This document shows, in pieces, positions 48,564 to 59,587 of a stretch of DNA of 64,000 nucleotides (positions are counted from its first letter, which is position 1; every line of letters begins with the position of its first letter). The DNA is from an uncultured virus (IMG/VR IMGVR_UViG_3300031994_000078). Its lineage: Duplodnaviria; Heunggongvirae; Uroviricota; Caudoviricetes. The notes beneath the pieces were generated by a model that made no database searches, was not told where the DNA came from, and worked only from the letters and a program-made list of their open reading frames with translations. A program made the position numbers and the translations under genes. The DNA is taken from positions 1 to 64,000 of IMG/VR virus record IMGVR_UViG_3300031994_000078; one strand, given 5' to 3'.

Positions 48564-49055
48564 TTATATTTCAATGCCTAATAACTTTTTATATTGATTT
48601 TTGAATAAAATTGATTCTTGGTCAGTTTGCTTTGATATTTTATGATAAAAACTAGACACACAACAATGGACTGCCTGTCTACTTACACCTAATAACTTTG
48701 CAATTTGACTATATGATTTCCTTTGAATTATATATGATAACACTAACTTTTGATGTTCATTAGTATATTTATCTATATAATTTAAAATATTTATTAGTAA
48801 ATATCTATTTCTATCTAGATCTGTCATATATTTTTTTATTTTCATTTGTACTTTCTGAAGCTCTCTACATATAAAACTTTGCTCCATATCATATAATATA
48901 CCTAATTGTGTTTGATTTTTTTGAGAAGTTCTGTTATCTATTAAATGTTTATACCATGTAAATGTTTTTTTATCAAAGTAAAATAAAAACATTACTTCAA
49001 GTATATCAGAACTATTAGAAATATTCTCAACAGCTTGTTTGAACTCAGAAAACAT
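48564..49055 (-). CDS. Transcription factor with tandem sigma70 region-4-like HTH domains
   Basis: KNQTQLGILYDMEQSFICRELQKV and EHQKLVL...KSYSQIAKLLGVSRQAVH. Confidence 0.65.
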   Translation of the reverse strand: MFSEFKQAVENISNSSDILEVMFLFYFDKKTFTWYKHLIDNRTSQKNQTQLGILYDMEQSFICRELQKVQMKIKKYMTDLDRNRYLLINILNYIDKYTNEHQKLVLSYIIQRKSYSQIAKLLGVSRQAVHCCVSSFYHKISKQTDQESILFKNQYKKLLGIEI

Positions 49056-49064
49056 AAGCTCTCC

Positions 49065-49625
49065 TTACTCATCAATGTTTTGAATATCTAATATACTTGT
49101 TTTAATTTGGATTGTGTTTTGCCCCATATCAACTTCTAATGATACACGAGTACCGCTGACATCTACTACTTTAGCATTTAACCCATAGAAAGCACCAGAA
49201 TTTATACGGACAGTTGCTCCTTGTTGAAATACTACTTCTTTCTTTTTAGCATTATACTTATAAGCAACTTCTAAAGCTTGCTTAACTTCATGCTCAAAAA
49301 CCATACCTTTTAAAATTTGAGCACCATAAATATAATTAATTCTACTTTCTATTTCTTTTATATTTGTACTTTGTGGTCTAATTGCTATAAAGCCATATGT
49401 AAAATAGTTTGGTTTATCAATTGTTATTATTTGATTACTTCTTTCTTGCAAACGCTTCTTCTCTAAATGTGTTGGAAGCCACAAAAAATTATCATTATCA
49501 TATGCCTTCAATAAAGTGTTTATTTGACTTAACTTAACAAACGAATAAAAGTTTATAATATACCAACGATAATCTGAAACAGTTACTTGAGGGATTCTTT
49601 TAAATACTTCTGCGATAGTCCACAT
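49065..49625 (-). CDS. NusG-family paralog (NGN + KOW), possible antiterminator
   Basis: RWYII...LPT...PNYFTYGFI NGN-like region; KOW FQQGATVRINSGAFYGLNAKVVDV. Confidence 0.8.
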   Translation of the reverse strand: MWTIAEVFKRIPQVTVSDYRWYIINFYSFVKLSQINTLLKAYDNDNFLWLPTHLEKKRLQERSNQIITIDKPNYFTYGFIAIRPQSTNIKEIESRINYIYGAQILKGMVFEHEVKQALEVAYKYNAKKKEVVFQQGATVRINSGAFYGLNAKVVDVSGTRVSLEVDMGQNTIQIKTSILDIQNIDE

Positions 49626-50271
49626 TTTTGTACAAACTCCTCTTTATTATTTTTTGCTAAAAATTCATCAATATCGACATTTGATTGTAACTGTAAAATT
49701 TCTGTATTACCACCAAAACTATTTATAGTTTTAGCAACTCTTTCACTACCTTCCATTCCAGCTTTATCTGGATCTAAAAGTATTTTAAAATTCTTTGTAA
49801 ATCTCATTAGATAAGATACTTGTATATCTTTAATTGAACACCCACATAATGCAACAACATTTTTTATACCTACTTTATTTAAAGCAATTACTTCCCAATA
49901 ACCTTCAACAAGAATAACCTCATCCATTTCAATTATTGAGCTATAAGCTAAATTTAAACCAAATAATAATAAAGACTTTTTAAATCCTTTAACACCAATA
50001 AATTTTTGTTTTGCGTTTGGAGATAAATGTCTTGCTGCAAACGAAACAATATTATTATATAAATCAAAAATAGGTATAAGTATACAGTTATCATATATAC
50101 TTATATCTATTTTTTCTTCAAATAATTTATGCATAAACTGACAAAGCTTTTCAAATGTAGGTGAATTATTTACACCATATAATTGATTATTATAAAAATA
50201 ACCTAAACCAAATAAGGCTATTTGTGTATCATCTATATTTCTTTGGTGTAAATAATTCATCCCATAAGTCA

Positions 50272-50272
<1 letters not shown>
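49583..50272 (-). CDS. dnaG: DNA primase catalytic/TOPRIM domain (no Zn finger)
   Basis: IPIFD...SFAAR...KF; VILVEGYWE; VALCG; LLDPDKAG; DIDE. Confidence 0.85.
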
Positions 50273-52202
<1,930 letters not shown>

Positions 52203-52228
52203 ATAAGTGCCTCCTGGTATATTAATAA

Positions 52229-52257
52229 ATTATATATAATTTAAAAAAATTTGTCAA
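52229..52257 (-). promoter_or_regulatory. sigma70-type promoter for the groES-groEL-dnaG-nusG-HTH operon
   Basis: TTGACA-N17-TATAAT, perfect consensus. Confidence 0.8.
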
Positions 52258-54716
52258 GCATTTTCTTGTTCAAATTCTGCAAAAATATCTTCATTTAAAA
52301 TCTTATCCGCATCTTCATCAAACTCTACTTTATCTAAATGTCCCCAAGCTTCACCAATTTCAATATCACATCTAATAATTCCATGATAATTTGGAACAGG
52401 TTGTGTTACAATTTTCATCATTTCTTCTGATACTTGTTTTGCAATTGCTTTATCACATTGAACTATTATTGAATCATGGACAGTTAATATTATTTGTGCT
52501 CCTACTGAATCTAAATATGGTTTTAAATTAATCATATTTCTTGCTGTGATATCTGCTACAGTAGATTGCATAGGAAAATTAGAAGAAACTCTATTTGCAT
52601 AGTTTCTTATACTTTGTAAAGGATGATTAAATAAATGAGTTAATCTTCTCTTTCTCCCAAATACAGTTTGTAAATAACCATTCGCTCTTGCTACTACAGG
52701 AATATTTTTTAACCAAGCAGCAGCTTTTGGATACATTCCAAAAAATGTAGTCTGAATTCTTTGTGCTTCTGTTTCTGAACATCCTACCAATTTAGCTGCA
52801 CCTTCTATAGATATACCATACATTAATCCAAACACAACTCTTTTTGCAAATGTACGAAGTTCTTTTGTTACATCTTCCGGTTTCATATTCCACACTTTAG
52901 ACGCAACTGTTCTATGTATATCTAATCCATTCTTAATATCATTTAACATCTTTGCATCTTGTGCATAAGAAGCCCACGCATTAAACTCTCCTTGAGATAA
53001 GTCACATTGTATCATAACTTTCCCAGGCTCTGGTATATAAAGATTTTTAATATTTTTTTCTCTAGGGATATTTTGAAGGTTAGGATTTGTTGATGACAAT
53101 CTTCCAGAGTCTGTACCATGCAAAAGATAATTTGTATGAACTTTATTGTTATCATCTAATAATGCTTTCATACCTGTTATAAAAGTTGATGTTTCTGTTC
53201 TTATTTTTTTATAATCCAATATATCTTGTAATACAGAATGTTTTTTTGCATACTTAGATATAGTAGCTTTATCTGTAGCAGGGTTTCCAGATTCTGTTAT
53301 TCTTAACACCTTACATCCTAATTTTGTAAACATTAAATCTGCTAACTGTTGTGTAGAATTTACATTAAATTCTAAATCACCTACTTTACCTCTTATAACA
53401 GCTAACTTATCTTCTAATGCTTTTTTATTATTTCTTTCTATTTCTGCTAAATGATTTATATCAACTTGCACACCATCATATTCAACATCTATTAATACTT
53501 TCTGTAATGGCATTGTTAATTTATTAAATACATCTAACAAGCCTTCTCTTTCAAGTTGAATATCAAACTTACTGTATAGTCTATATGTTGCTAATGTATC
53601 TAAGCAACAATATGTGCCAAGAACTTCTATCGGAGCTTTATACATATCATCTTTAGTTATTTTATTTTCTCTTAACCAATTATATAATACAGACTCATAA
53701 CCACCCATATCTGTAAATAAAACTGATAAAAGTTTTAATGTTCGCATACCATTTAAATTCTCATTAAGTAAATGAGAAGCTAACATAACATCAAAACTTG
53801 CATTATTTATACGTCTAACATTTAAATAATGTCTTATAAATTTAAAATCAAATTGACCATTATATGCAATTTTAAGTGTCTCATTTGAGACAAACTTTTT
53901 TAAATCTTCCTTAATTAAATTTTCAGTTTGCTCATCCCAAAAAGAAACTATTTTATTATCTTCATATTTATGAATTGGAATATAATAAGAGTTCTCTTTA
54001 TCAAGAGCAAAACCTATACCTATAATCTTATCTTTTAAAAAGTTTAACCCACTTGTTTCAATATCTATAACTGTTTTAGCTGATACTAAAAGCTTTGATA
54101 AAGCTTCAGTCAATAAACGCTTATCAGTAACAATAGTACAATTTGTTTGTTGCATTGGTGGTTTTATACCATCAATAAAATTTTTAATAAACTCAAATGA
54201 TTTATCTCCATAGCAACGGTATTGTGTTTTCAAATATAATTTATATATATCTAACATACAAAACGTGTCAATATTATATAAAGGACTCTTTATAATAGCT
54301 CCATATACATCAAATAACTTTGCTTTAATATCTCCAAGAAAATATTTTGTAGGTCTATCACCTACACAAACAACCAACTTTGGCTTAACTTCTTCTAAAA
54401 CTTTATTTAGATGATGTCTACAATTTTCATAATATTTCTTCTTTACAGGATTGTTTGTCAATTTAAAAGCTTGATCTTTTTTTGGCGTACCAGAAAAACA
54501 ATGTGTCATATATGTTATAGCAATATCATCAAAAGATATTTTATACTTATTTAAATATTGTTTAAATAACTCCATTACAGGTCCAGCTGTAATACGATTC
54601 TCTAAGTCAGCTTGGTAGGTAGGAGTTTCAAATAAAAATAATACTTTAGCATTACTTCCGATATAGCTACCTACATTATTTTTACAATCAAAATTACAAA
54701 TGTTACATTGTTTCAT
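52254..54716 (-). CDS. polA: Family A DNA polymerase with N-terminal UDG family-4-like domain and 3'-5' exonuclease
   Basis: Exo DIETSG/YNGQFD/YCCLD; GRLSSTNPNLQNIP; motif A DLSQGE; motif B AKRVVFGLMYG; motif C VHDS. N-terminal C..C...C..KVLFLFETP...THC...CRHHL...KPKLVVCVG. Confidence 0.93.
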   Translation of the reverse strand: MKQCNICNFDCKNNVGSYIGSNAKVLFLFETPTYQADLENRITAGPVMELFKQYLNKYKISFDDIAITYMTHCFSGTPKKDQAFKLTNNPVKKKYYENCRHHLNKVLEEVKPKLVVCVGDRPTKYFLGDIKAKLFDVYGAIIKSPLYNIDTFCMLDIYKLYLKTQYRCYGDKSFEFIKNFIDGIKPPMQQTNCTIVTDKRLLTEALSKLLVSAKTVIDIETSGLNFLKDKIIGIGFALDKENSYYIPIHKYEDNKIVSFWDEQTENLIKEDLKKFVSNETLKIAYNGQFDFKFIRHYLNVRRINNASFDVMLASHLLNENLNGMRTLKLLSVLFTDMGGYESVLYNWLRENKITKDDMYKAPIEVLGTYCCLDTLATYRLYSKFDIQLEREGLLDVFNKLTMPLQKVLIDVEYDGVQVDINHLAEIERNNKKALEDKLAVIRGKVGDLEFNVNSTQQLADLMFTKLGCKVLRITESGNPATDKATISKYAKKHSVLQDILDYKKIRTETSTFITGMKALLDDNNKVHTNYLLHGTDSGRLSSTNPNLQNIPREKNIKNLYIPEPGKVMIQCDLSQGEFNAWASYAQDAKMLNDIKNGLDIHRTVASKVWNMKPEDVTKELRTFAKRVVFGLMYGISIEGAAKLVGCSETEAQRIQTTFFGMYPKAAAWLKNIPVVARANGYLQTVFGRKRRLTHLFNHPLQSIRNYANRVSSNFPMQSTVADITARNMINLKPYLDSVGAQIILTVHDSIIVQCDKAIAKQVSEEMMKIVTQPVPNYHGIIRCDIEIGEAWGHLDKVEFDEDADKILNEDIFAEFEQENA

Positions 54717-55090
54717 TATTTCTTATTTCTCCTTTTCTTTGTTACTTTAAATGCTTCTTTTATTACTTTAGGTTGTCTTTTTCTATGTTCTTTACTTATT
54801 CCTCTATTTAAAAACGACTCTGATGGTACATCTGTAAATACATCTGTCTTCACTACTTTCTTTTCTTGCGCTACACCTAAAATCTTCTTACGTAAATATG
54901 TTTGAATTTTGGAGCAAGCTTCTTTTTTAACAAAGGTGAAATAATACTCCTTTCCTAATAGTTTACGATTTTTGTAATAAGTTGTCAACTCCTGAAAACG
55001 CTTATCTTCGTCTAAGGTTTTCATATCATAATCTTCATTTACATAAACTACATAACCACGATTTAATTTCCTTACATCAATAATACGCAT
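54716..55090 (-). CDS. Hypothetical basic protein
   Basis: 124 aa, TAATG-coupled on both sides. Confidence 0.55.
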   Translation of the reverse strand: MRIIDVRKLNRGYVVYVNEDYDMKTLDEDKRFQELTTYYKNRKLLGKEYYFTFVKKEACSKIQTYLRKKILGVAQEKKVVKTDVFTDVPSESFLNRGISKEHRKRQPKVIKEAFKVTKKRRNKK

Positions 55091-55836
55091 TATATACCTC
55101 CAACTTTAGATTCATTACCTTGTTTATAAATTGTTATTAAATTTGGCGCTTTCTCTTTTATACTATTATTATGTGTAATTAATATTATTTGTCTATTATT
55201 CTTTTCACTAAATTGTCTTAAAAACTCACCAAACGCACTTTGATACTCTGCAGATATATTTGCTCCAACCTCATCTAATATAACTGGTCCTTGTATCTTT
55301 GGCTTACAAAACTCTAAAAATATTAAACGTAAACAAACAGATAAAACGTTTTTAACTCCACCAGCTTCAGATTGTAATATATCAGACTCACCAGCATCTG
55401 ATACTGTATAAAAATATGTATCTACACCCTTCTTTGTTTCTTCCATATGAATCTTAAACTTTATATTTGTATCTTGTAATATATCTTGCAAAGCAACTGT
55501 ACACAAATTTTCTATTTTAGATAGCTGTGTTTGTGATATTTTAGATAAAGCTTTTATCAAAATTTTTTCATTATCTAAATCATATTTAACAGATACTAAC
55601 TCTTTCTGTTTTGCTTCTAGTTCTTGCAATTGTGTATTATATATATTAAACTCTCCTTCACGTTTAGCTATATCTAAAAGAATATCTTCTATATATTTTT
55701 TTAATTTATAAACTTTATCTAAAACCTTTTTATCTACACAAAAAGGTTCTTTAGGTGTTACATAAGGTTGCTTAACTTCAAAATATTCTTCAAGAGCCTT
55801 TTTTGTTCTAGGCATTTTTGGCACTTTATTTGGCAC
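55090..55836 (-). CDS. sbcC: SbcC/Rad50-like ATPase, C-terminal half
   Basis: Signature SEAGG, Walker B VILDE, H-loop IILITH. Confidence 0.85.
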   Translation of the reverse strand: MPNKVPKMPRTKKALEEYFEVKQPYVTPKEPFCVDKKVLDKVYKLKKYIEDILLDIAKREGEFNIYNTQLQELEAKQKELVSVKYDLDNEKILIKALSKISQTQLSKIENLCTVALQDILQDTNIKFKIHMEETKKGVDTYFYTVSDAGESDILQSEAGGVKNVLSVCLRLIFLEFCKPKIQGPVILDEVGANISAEYQSAFGEFLRQFSEKNNRQIILITHNNSIKEKAPNLITIYKQGNESKVGGI

Positions 55837-55879
55837 TTTACACCTCTACATAATATATAAAATATACTATTTTAAATAA

Positions 55880-55908
55880 ATTATATATAAATAATCTCAT
55901 TTTGTCAA
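55880..55908 (-). promoter_or_regulatory. sigma70-type promoter inside the TnpB cassette, driving sbcC-C/polA
   Basis: TTGACA-N17-TATAAT, perfect consensus. Confidence 0.8.
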
Positions 55909-55914
55909 TAATAA

Positions 55915-55935
55915 CCTTGACAAAAGTATCATAAT
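55915..55935 (+). promoter_or_regulatory. Compact late-promoter-like motif pointing at tnpB
   Basis: ccttgaca aaagt atcataat; the only + strand copy, in front of the only + strand gene. Confidence 0.7.
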
Positions 55936-55987
55936 TCACATTACAATGTAATAGAATTTTATGCTAAATTTTTAATTTGTATAAAAA

Positions 55988-57145
55988 ATGATACAACATT
56001 ATACTTATAATTATCGTTTATATCCAACTAAAAAACAAAGTATTTTATTAGATAAACACTTTGGATGCACTCGCTTTATCTTTAACTATTATTTAAATAA
56101 AGAACAAAATTATTATTTAAATAATAAAGAAAATATTGAAGCTAAAAGGGTTAAAGGATTTCTTAATTATTACGATAATGCTAAAGATTTAACTAACCTT
56201 AAACAAACAACACTTTGGTTAAAAGAAGTTAATTCTCAAACTTTACAATCCACTTTAAAGAACTTAGAAAGTGCATATAGAGGTTTCTTCCAGAAACGTT
56301 CTAAGTTTCCAAGATTTAAGTCTAAAAAGTCTAGACAATCCTTTTGTGTACCACAGCACTTATCTATCAAAAATAATAGATTGTATATTCCAAAGTTTAA
56401 AGAAGGTATAAAGATAAACCTTCACAGAGACTTAGTTGGAGATTTTGTAACAGCTTCAATAGTTAAAACAAAAACCAATAAATACTTTGTTAATATAACT
56501 GTTGAACTTGATATTAAAGAACTTCCTAAATTAAATACTGATTTAGGTATTGATTTAGGTATTAAAAATTTTGTTATAACTTCAAATGGCGAGGTATTTG
56601 ATAACAAACATTTCTTAAAGAAAGTGGAATCTAAATTAAAATTCTTACAAAGACAAGCTAGTAAGAAAGTTAAAGGTTCTAATAACAGAAAGAAAGTCAA
56701 CTTAAAAGTAGCAGAGTTATTTGAATATATAATAAATTGTAAGAAAGACTATCTTCATAAAGTAAGCACTCAATTAATTCGTGAAAACCAAACGATTTAT
56801 ATTGAAGACTTAAATATAAAAGGTATGCTTTCTAATCATCATTTAGCTAAAAGTATTCAAGAATTATCTTGGTACGAGTTTATAAGAATGCTTGAATATA
56901 AAGCTAAATGGTATGGTCGATCTATAATTAAGATTGATCGATTCTATCCATCTTCAAAGACCTGTAATAACTGTGGCTACATTAAACAAGATTTAACATT
57001 GAAAGATCGAAATTGGATATGTCCTAAATGTCACACAGAAGTTGATCGAGATTATAATGCAGCACTTAATATTCTTAAACAAGGCAGGAACTGTCTTGTA
57101 AAGCCTATGGAGCTGTCTAGTAATAACATAGAAGCTGTGAAATAG
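55988..57145 (+). CDS. tnpB: TnpB RNA-guided endonuclease
   Basis: YRLYPT HTH, RuvC GIDLG / IEDL / DRDYNAA intact, Zn finger CNNCG...CPKC. Confidence 0.95.
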   Translation: MIQHYTYNYRLYPTKKQSILLDKHFGCTRFIFNYYLNKEQNYYLNNKENIEAKRVKGFLNYYDNAKDLTNLKQTTLWLKEVNSQTLQSTLKNLESAYRGFFQKRSKFPRFKSKKSRQSFCVPQHLSIKNNRLYIPKFKEGIKINLHRDLVGDFVTASIVKTKTNKYFVNITVELDIKELPKLNTDLGIDLGIKNFVITSNGEVFDNKHFLKKVESKLKFLQRQASKKVKGSNNRKKVNLKVAELFEYIINCKKDYLHKVSTQLIRENQTIYIEDLNIKGMLSNHHLAKSIQELSWYEFIRMLEYKAKWYGRSIIKIDRFYPSSKTCNNCGYIKQDLTLKDRNWICPKCHTEVDRDYNAALNILKQGRNCLVKPMELSSNNIEAVK

Positions 57146-57188
57146 GAAACTCTTTTAGAGTAATTCATTTTGCATTTGTTTGTGCCTC
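57050..57188 (+). ncRNA. TnpB reRNA scaffold plus predicted guide (57169-57188)
   Basis: Overlaps the tnpB 3' end as established for TnpB reRNAs. ACTCT/AGAGT hairpin, then TTCAT end. 5' boundary approximate. Confidence 0.6.
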
Positions 57189-57593
57189 GTTTATAATATC
57201 TTCTAACCATTTACGTCTAGCATCGTCATGCATATCTTTTGTTTCTTCTAATAACATTTCCTCAAACCTTGCTAAATTAGATAAAGCTGTTCGCATTGCA
57301 GTATCTAAACGTTTTTTATATTCAACTATATTTTCTGGTGTAGCTTCTATATTTAAAGTCTTTTCACACTCATGTATTTCAGATTCAAGTTGCTGTAATT
57401 GAGCTTTCGTTGCATAACTTTCAGAAGTTAACTTAGTTATACGCTCAACAATTTGTTCATGTGTCATATTCTTTATTTCATCTAATCTGGCATCAACTTG
57501 TTTATCTATTTGTAATTGTTTCTGTTTTTCTTCAAACTTATCTACAGTTGCTCCAAATTCACGACCTTCTCTAGTAGATGCACTATGTGCCAT
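57165..57593 (-). CDS. Coiled-coil hypothetical protein in the SbcCD cluster
   Basis: 142 aa; its TGA stop is supplied by the TnpB right end. Confidence 0.6.
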   Translation of the reverse strand: MAHSASTREGREFGATVDKFEEKQKQLQIDKQVDARLDEIKNMTHEQIVERITKLTSESYATKAQLQQLESEIHECEKTLNIEATPENIVEYKKRLDTAMRTALSNLARFEEMLLEETKDMHDDARRKWLEDIINEAQTNAK

Positions 57594-57606
57594 AACTTAT
57601 CTCCCT

Positions 57607-58527
57607 CTATTTAGTTAATTTCTTTGTTACATTCTCTAAACGTAATTTAACCATTTCAGCATACTTTGGGTCTACATTTAATTGTTTTATTATATGATCT
57701 AATATTCCATATATATCATTAAAAACTAAATCTGTATCTTTTAAAACGTCATTAAACGAAATATTTAATTCTTTAGTTTCTGCAACAGTATTTTTATTAA
57801 TAAATATATTTTCTAATATAGGAATAAAAATATCTCTATAATCTAATTTTGTTCCGACTTTATTAAATACAGCTACATGTGGTTTAATATCTTTTTCTAC
57901 AATAGATGTTCTTATTAAAGGTCCTGTATTTACAAATAAATTATTATTTTCCATAATATAAAACGGTTTATGTATATGTCCACACAAAAATATTTTACCA
58001 TTAAATAATTGCGCTAAATCTTTTATGAGTATATGTTCATAAGGTAAACTTATATCTGAAACTGAATTATGAGTTACTATTATATCGCAATCTTTAAATA
58101 TTAAATAATCATCTACTTTATTAGATAACTGACAAGGCATAACTCCTATAAGTAAATCTGAAGGAAATTTATAAATTGCTTTATCATATAAAACATTTAT
58201 ACAACCAGAAGCTTCTAACGTTCCAATAAATGATTGTTTATAAGAATCTAAATTATATCCATAAATATCATGTGAACCCGGAACATAAAAGAAAGGTGAT
58301 TTTAGTTTCTTTAGTATAGATATTACACTATTAAGTATTGATGGATCTGATGACCTCGGTGAATCAAATAAATCTCCACCCATAATTATAAAGTCAGGTA
58401 ACTCTTGATTACATATATCAACTAAAGAACTCAACTTGTTCAGTTGAGTTTTTATAATATCATCAACTCTACAACTAGGTTGATGAAAACATATATGCCA
58501 ATCCGTTGTAAATATAAATTTACTCAT
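57607..58527 (-). CDS. sbcD: SbcD/Mre11-like metallophosphoesterase nuclease
   Basis: TDWH, GGDLFD, GSHD, TH, GHIH, NTG motifs. Confidence 0.9.
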   Translation of the reverse strand: MSKFIFTTDWHICFHQPSCRVDDIIKTQLNKLSSLVDICNQELPDFIIMGGDLFDSPRSSDPSILNSVISILKKLKSPFFYVPGSHDIYGYNLDSYKQSFIGTLEASGCINVLYDKAIYKFPSDLLIGVMPCQLSNKVDDYLIFKDCDIIVTHNSVSDISLPYEHILIKDLAQLFNGKIFLCGHIHKPFYIMENNNLFVNTGPLIRTSIVEKDIKPHVAVFNKVGTKLDYRDIFIPILENIFINKNTVAETKELNISFNDVLKDTDLVFNDIYGILDHIIKQLNVDPKYAEMVKLRLENVTKKLTK

Positions 58528-59587
58528 TCTTACTCCATAAAGGTCGTTTACATGTTGGACATACTTTAGTTACTTGTTTGCCTAACTCAATAAAATCTTC
58601 TTGTTCTTTAAGTTCGAATTCTTTATTTTTAAAATCTTGTTTCAAAATTTCTAATCTATTTATTATATCATAATTTTCATAACATTTCAATAAAATATTA
58701 TATGTATTTAATACATTATCTTGACAACTAATTAATCTTTTTAAATGTTCTCGTTTTGCATATAATAATAAAATATTATTTATACGATTATAGTCTACAA
58801 CTATCCCTTTTAAAGCAATTGTTTTTTTAATTAGTTTCTCACGCTTTTCATAAAATAATTTTAATTTTAAATATGAAGCCATCTTAGTAGCTAAATTAAA
58901 TAAGTTCACATATTTAAGATTTATTGTTTCAAGAACTTTTAATAAATCATTTAAGTTATTTTGCAATTGTAATATAAAATTTTTATGTGATTCTAAATTA
59001 TCATATTTCTTTAAAACTTCTTTTAATTCTACAATTGATTTTTCTATATTATCTAATGACTGTTTATTATCTTGAATTTCTTTTGTTAATTCACGGTTTA
59101 CTGCATCTACTATATGTAATTGTGTTAACCTATTTATAAATTTTGTTTTCATCGGAGCAGACTTAGTTAATAAAAAATGTGGATCATCTTGCATATGTAT
59201 ATTTATATTTTCTGAATAATCAGAGTCTATTACTAAAGGGAATACTCCTAATATTTGTTTGACCTCTACAGGAGCCTGAATACCAAAATTATTGAATTCT
59301 TTGGATGTTCCATCAGGTTTTATAATAGTTATTTTATTTAATCCATTTCCTTTTTCTCTTATAACTTTAATTCCATTATCTAAAGTTATTGATACTTTAA
59401 CAGACTTTTCACCAGTTCTAATAAATGAATCTGACCATACATCATTAAACATAAAATTTAATGCACGTAAAACAGAACTTTTACCAGATCTTGTTCTACC
59501 TGCAATACATACAAATCCACCATCTAAATTTATGATGGTGGATTTATGTGATTGAAAATTCTCTAATTCTATCTTAGTTAGATACAT
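58520..59587 (-). CDS. sbcC: SbcC/Rad50-like ATPase, N-terminal half ending in a zinc hook
   Basis: IELENFQSH, Walker A GRTRSGKSS, coiled coil, terminal CPTC. Confidence 0.88.
   Translation of the reverse strand: MYLTKIELENFQSHKSTIINLDGGFVCIAGRTRSGKSSVLRALNFMFNDVWSDSFIRTGEKSVKVSITLDNGIKVIREKGNGLNKITIIKPDGTSKEFNNFGIQAPVEVKQILGVFPLVIDSDYSENINIHMQDDPHFLLTKSAPMKTKFINRLTQLHIVDAVNRELTKEIQDNKQSLDNIEKSIVELKEVLKKYDNLESHKNFILQLQNNLNDLLKVLETINLKYVNLFNLATKMASYLKLKLFYEKREKLIKKTIALKGIVVDYNRINNILLLYAKREHLKRLISCQDNVLNTYNILLKCYENYDIINRLEILKQDFKNKEFELKEQEDFIELGKQVTKVCPTCKRPLWSKNE

Larger units (their letters stand above)
55830..57168 (+). mobile_element. Non-autonomous IS200/IS605-type TnpB cassette (no tnpA)
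   Basis: Joining TTTAT (55825-55829) to 57169 restores overlapping intact flanking ORFs. The right end finishes ...GAGTAATTCAT. Confidence 0.7.

Noticed and set aside
55917..55921. TTGAC as the TnpB TAM/left-end junction
   Set aside because: It is part of the eight-copy motif. The junction at TTTAT 55825-55829 restores both flanking ORFs, whereas this one does not explain the duplicated start.
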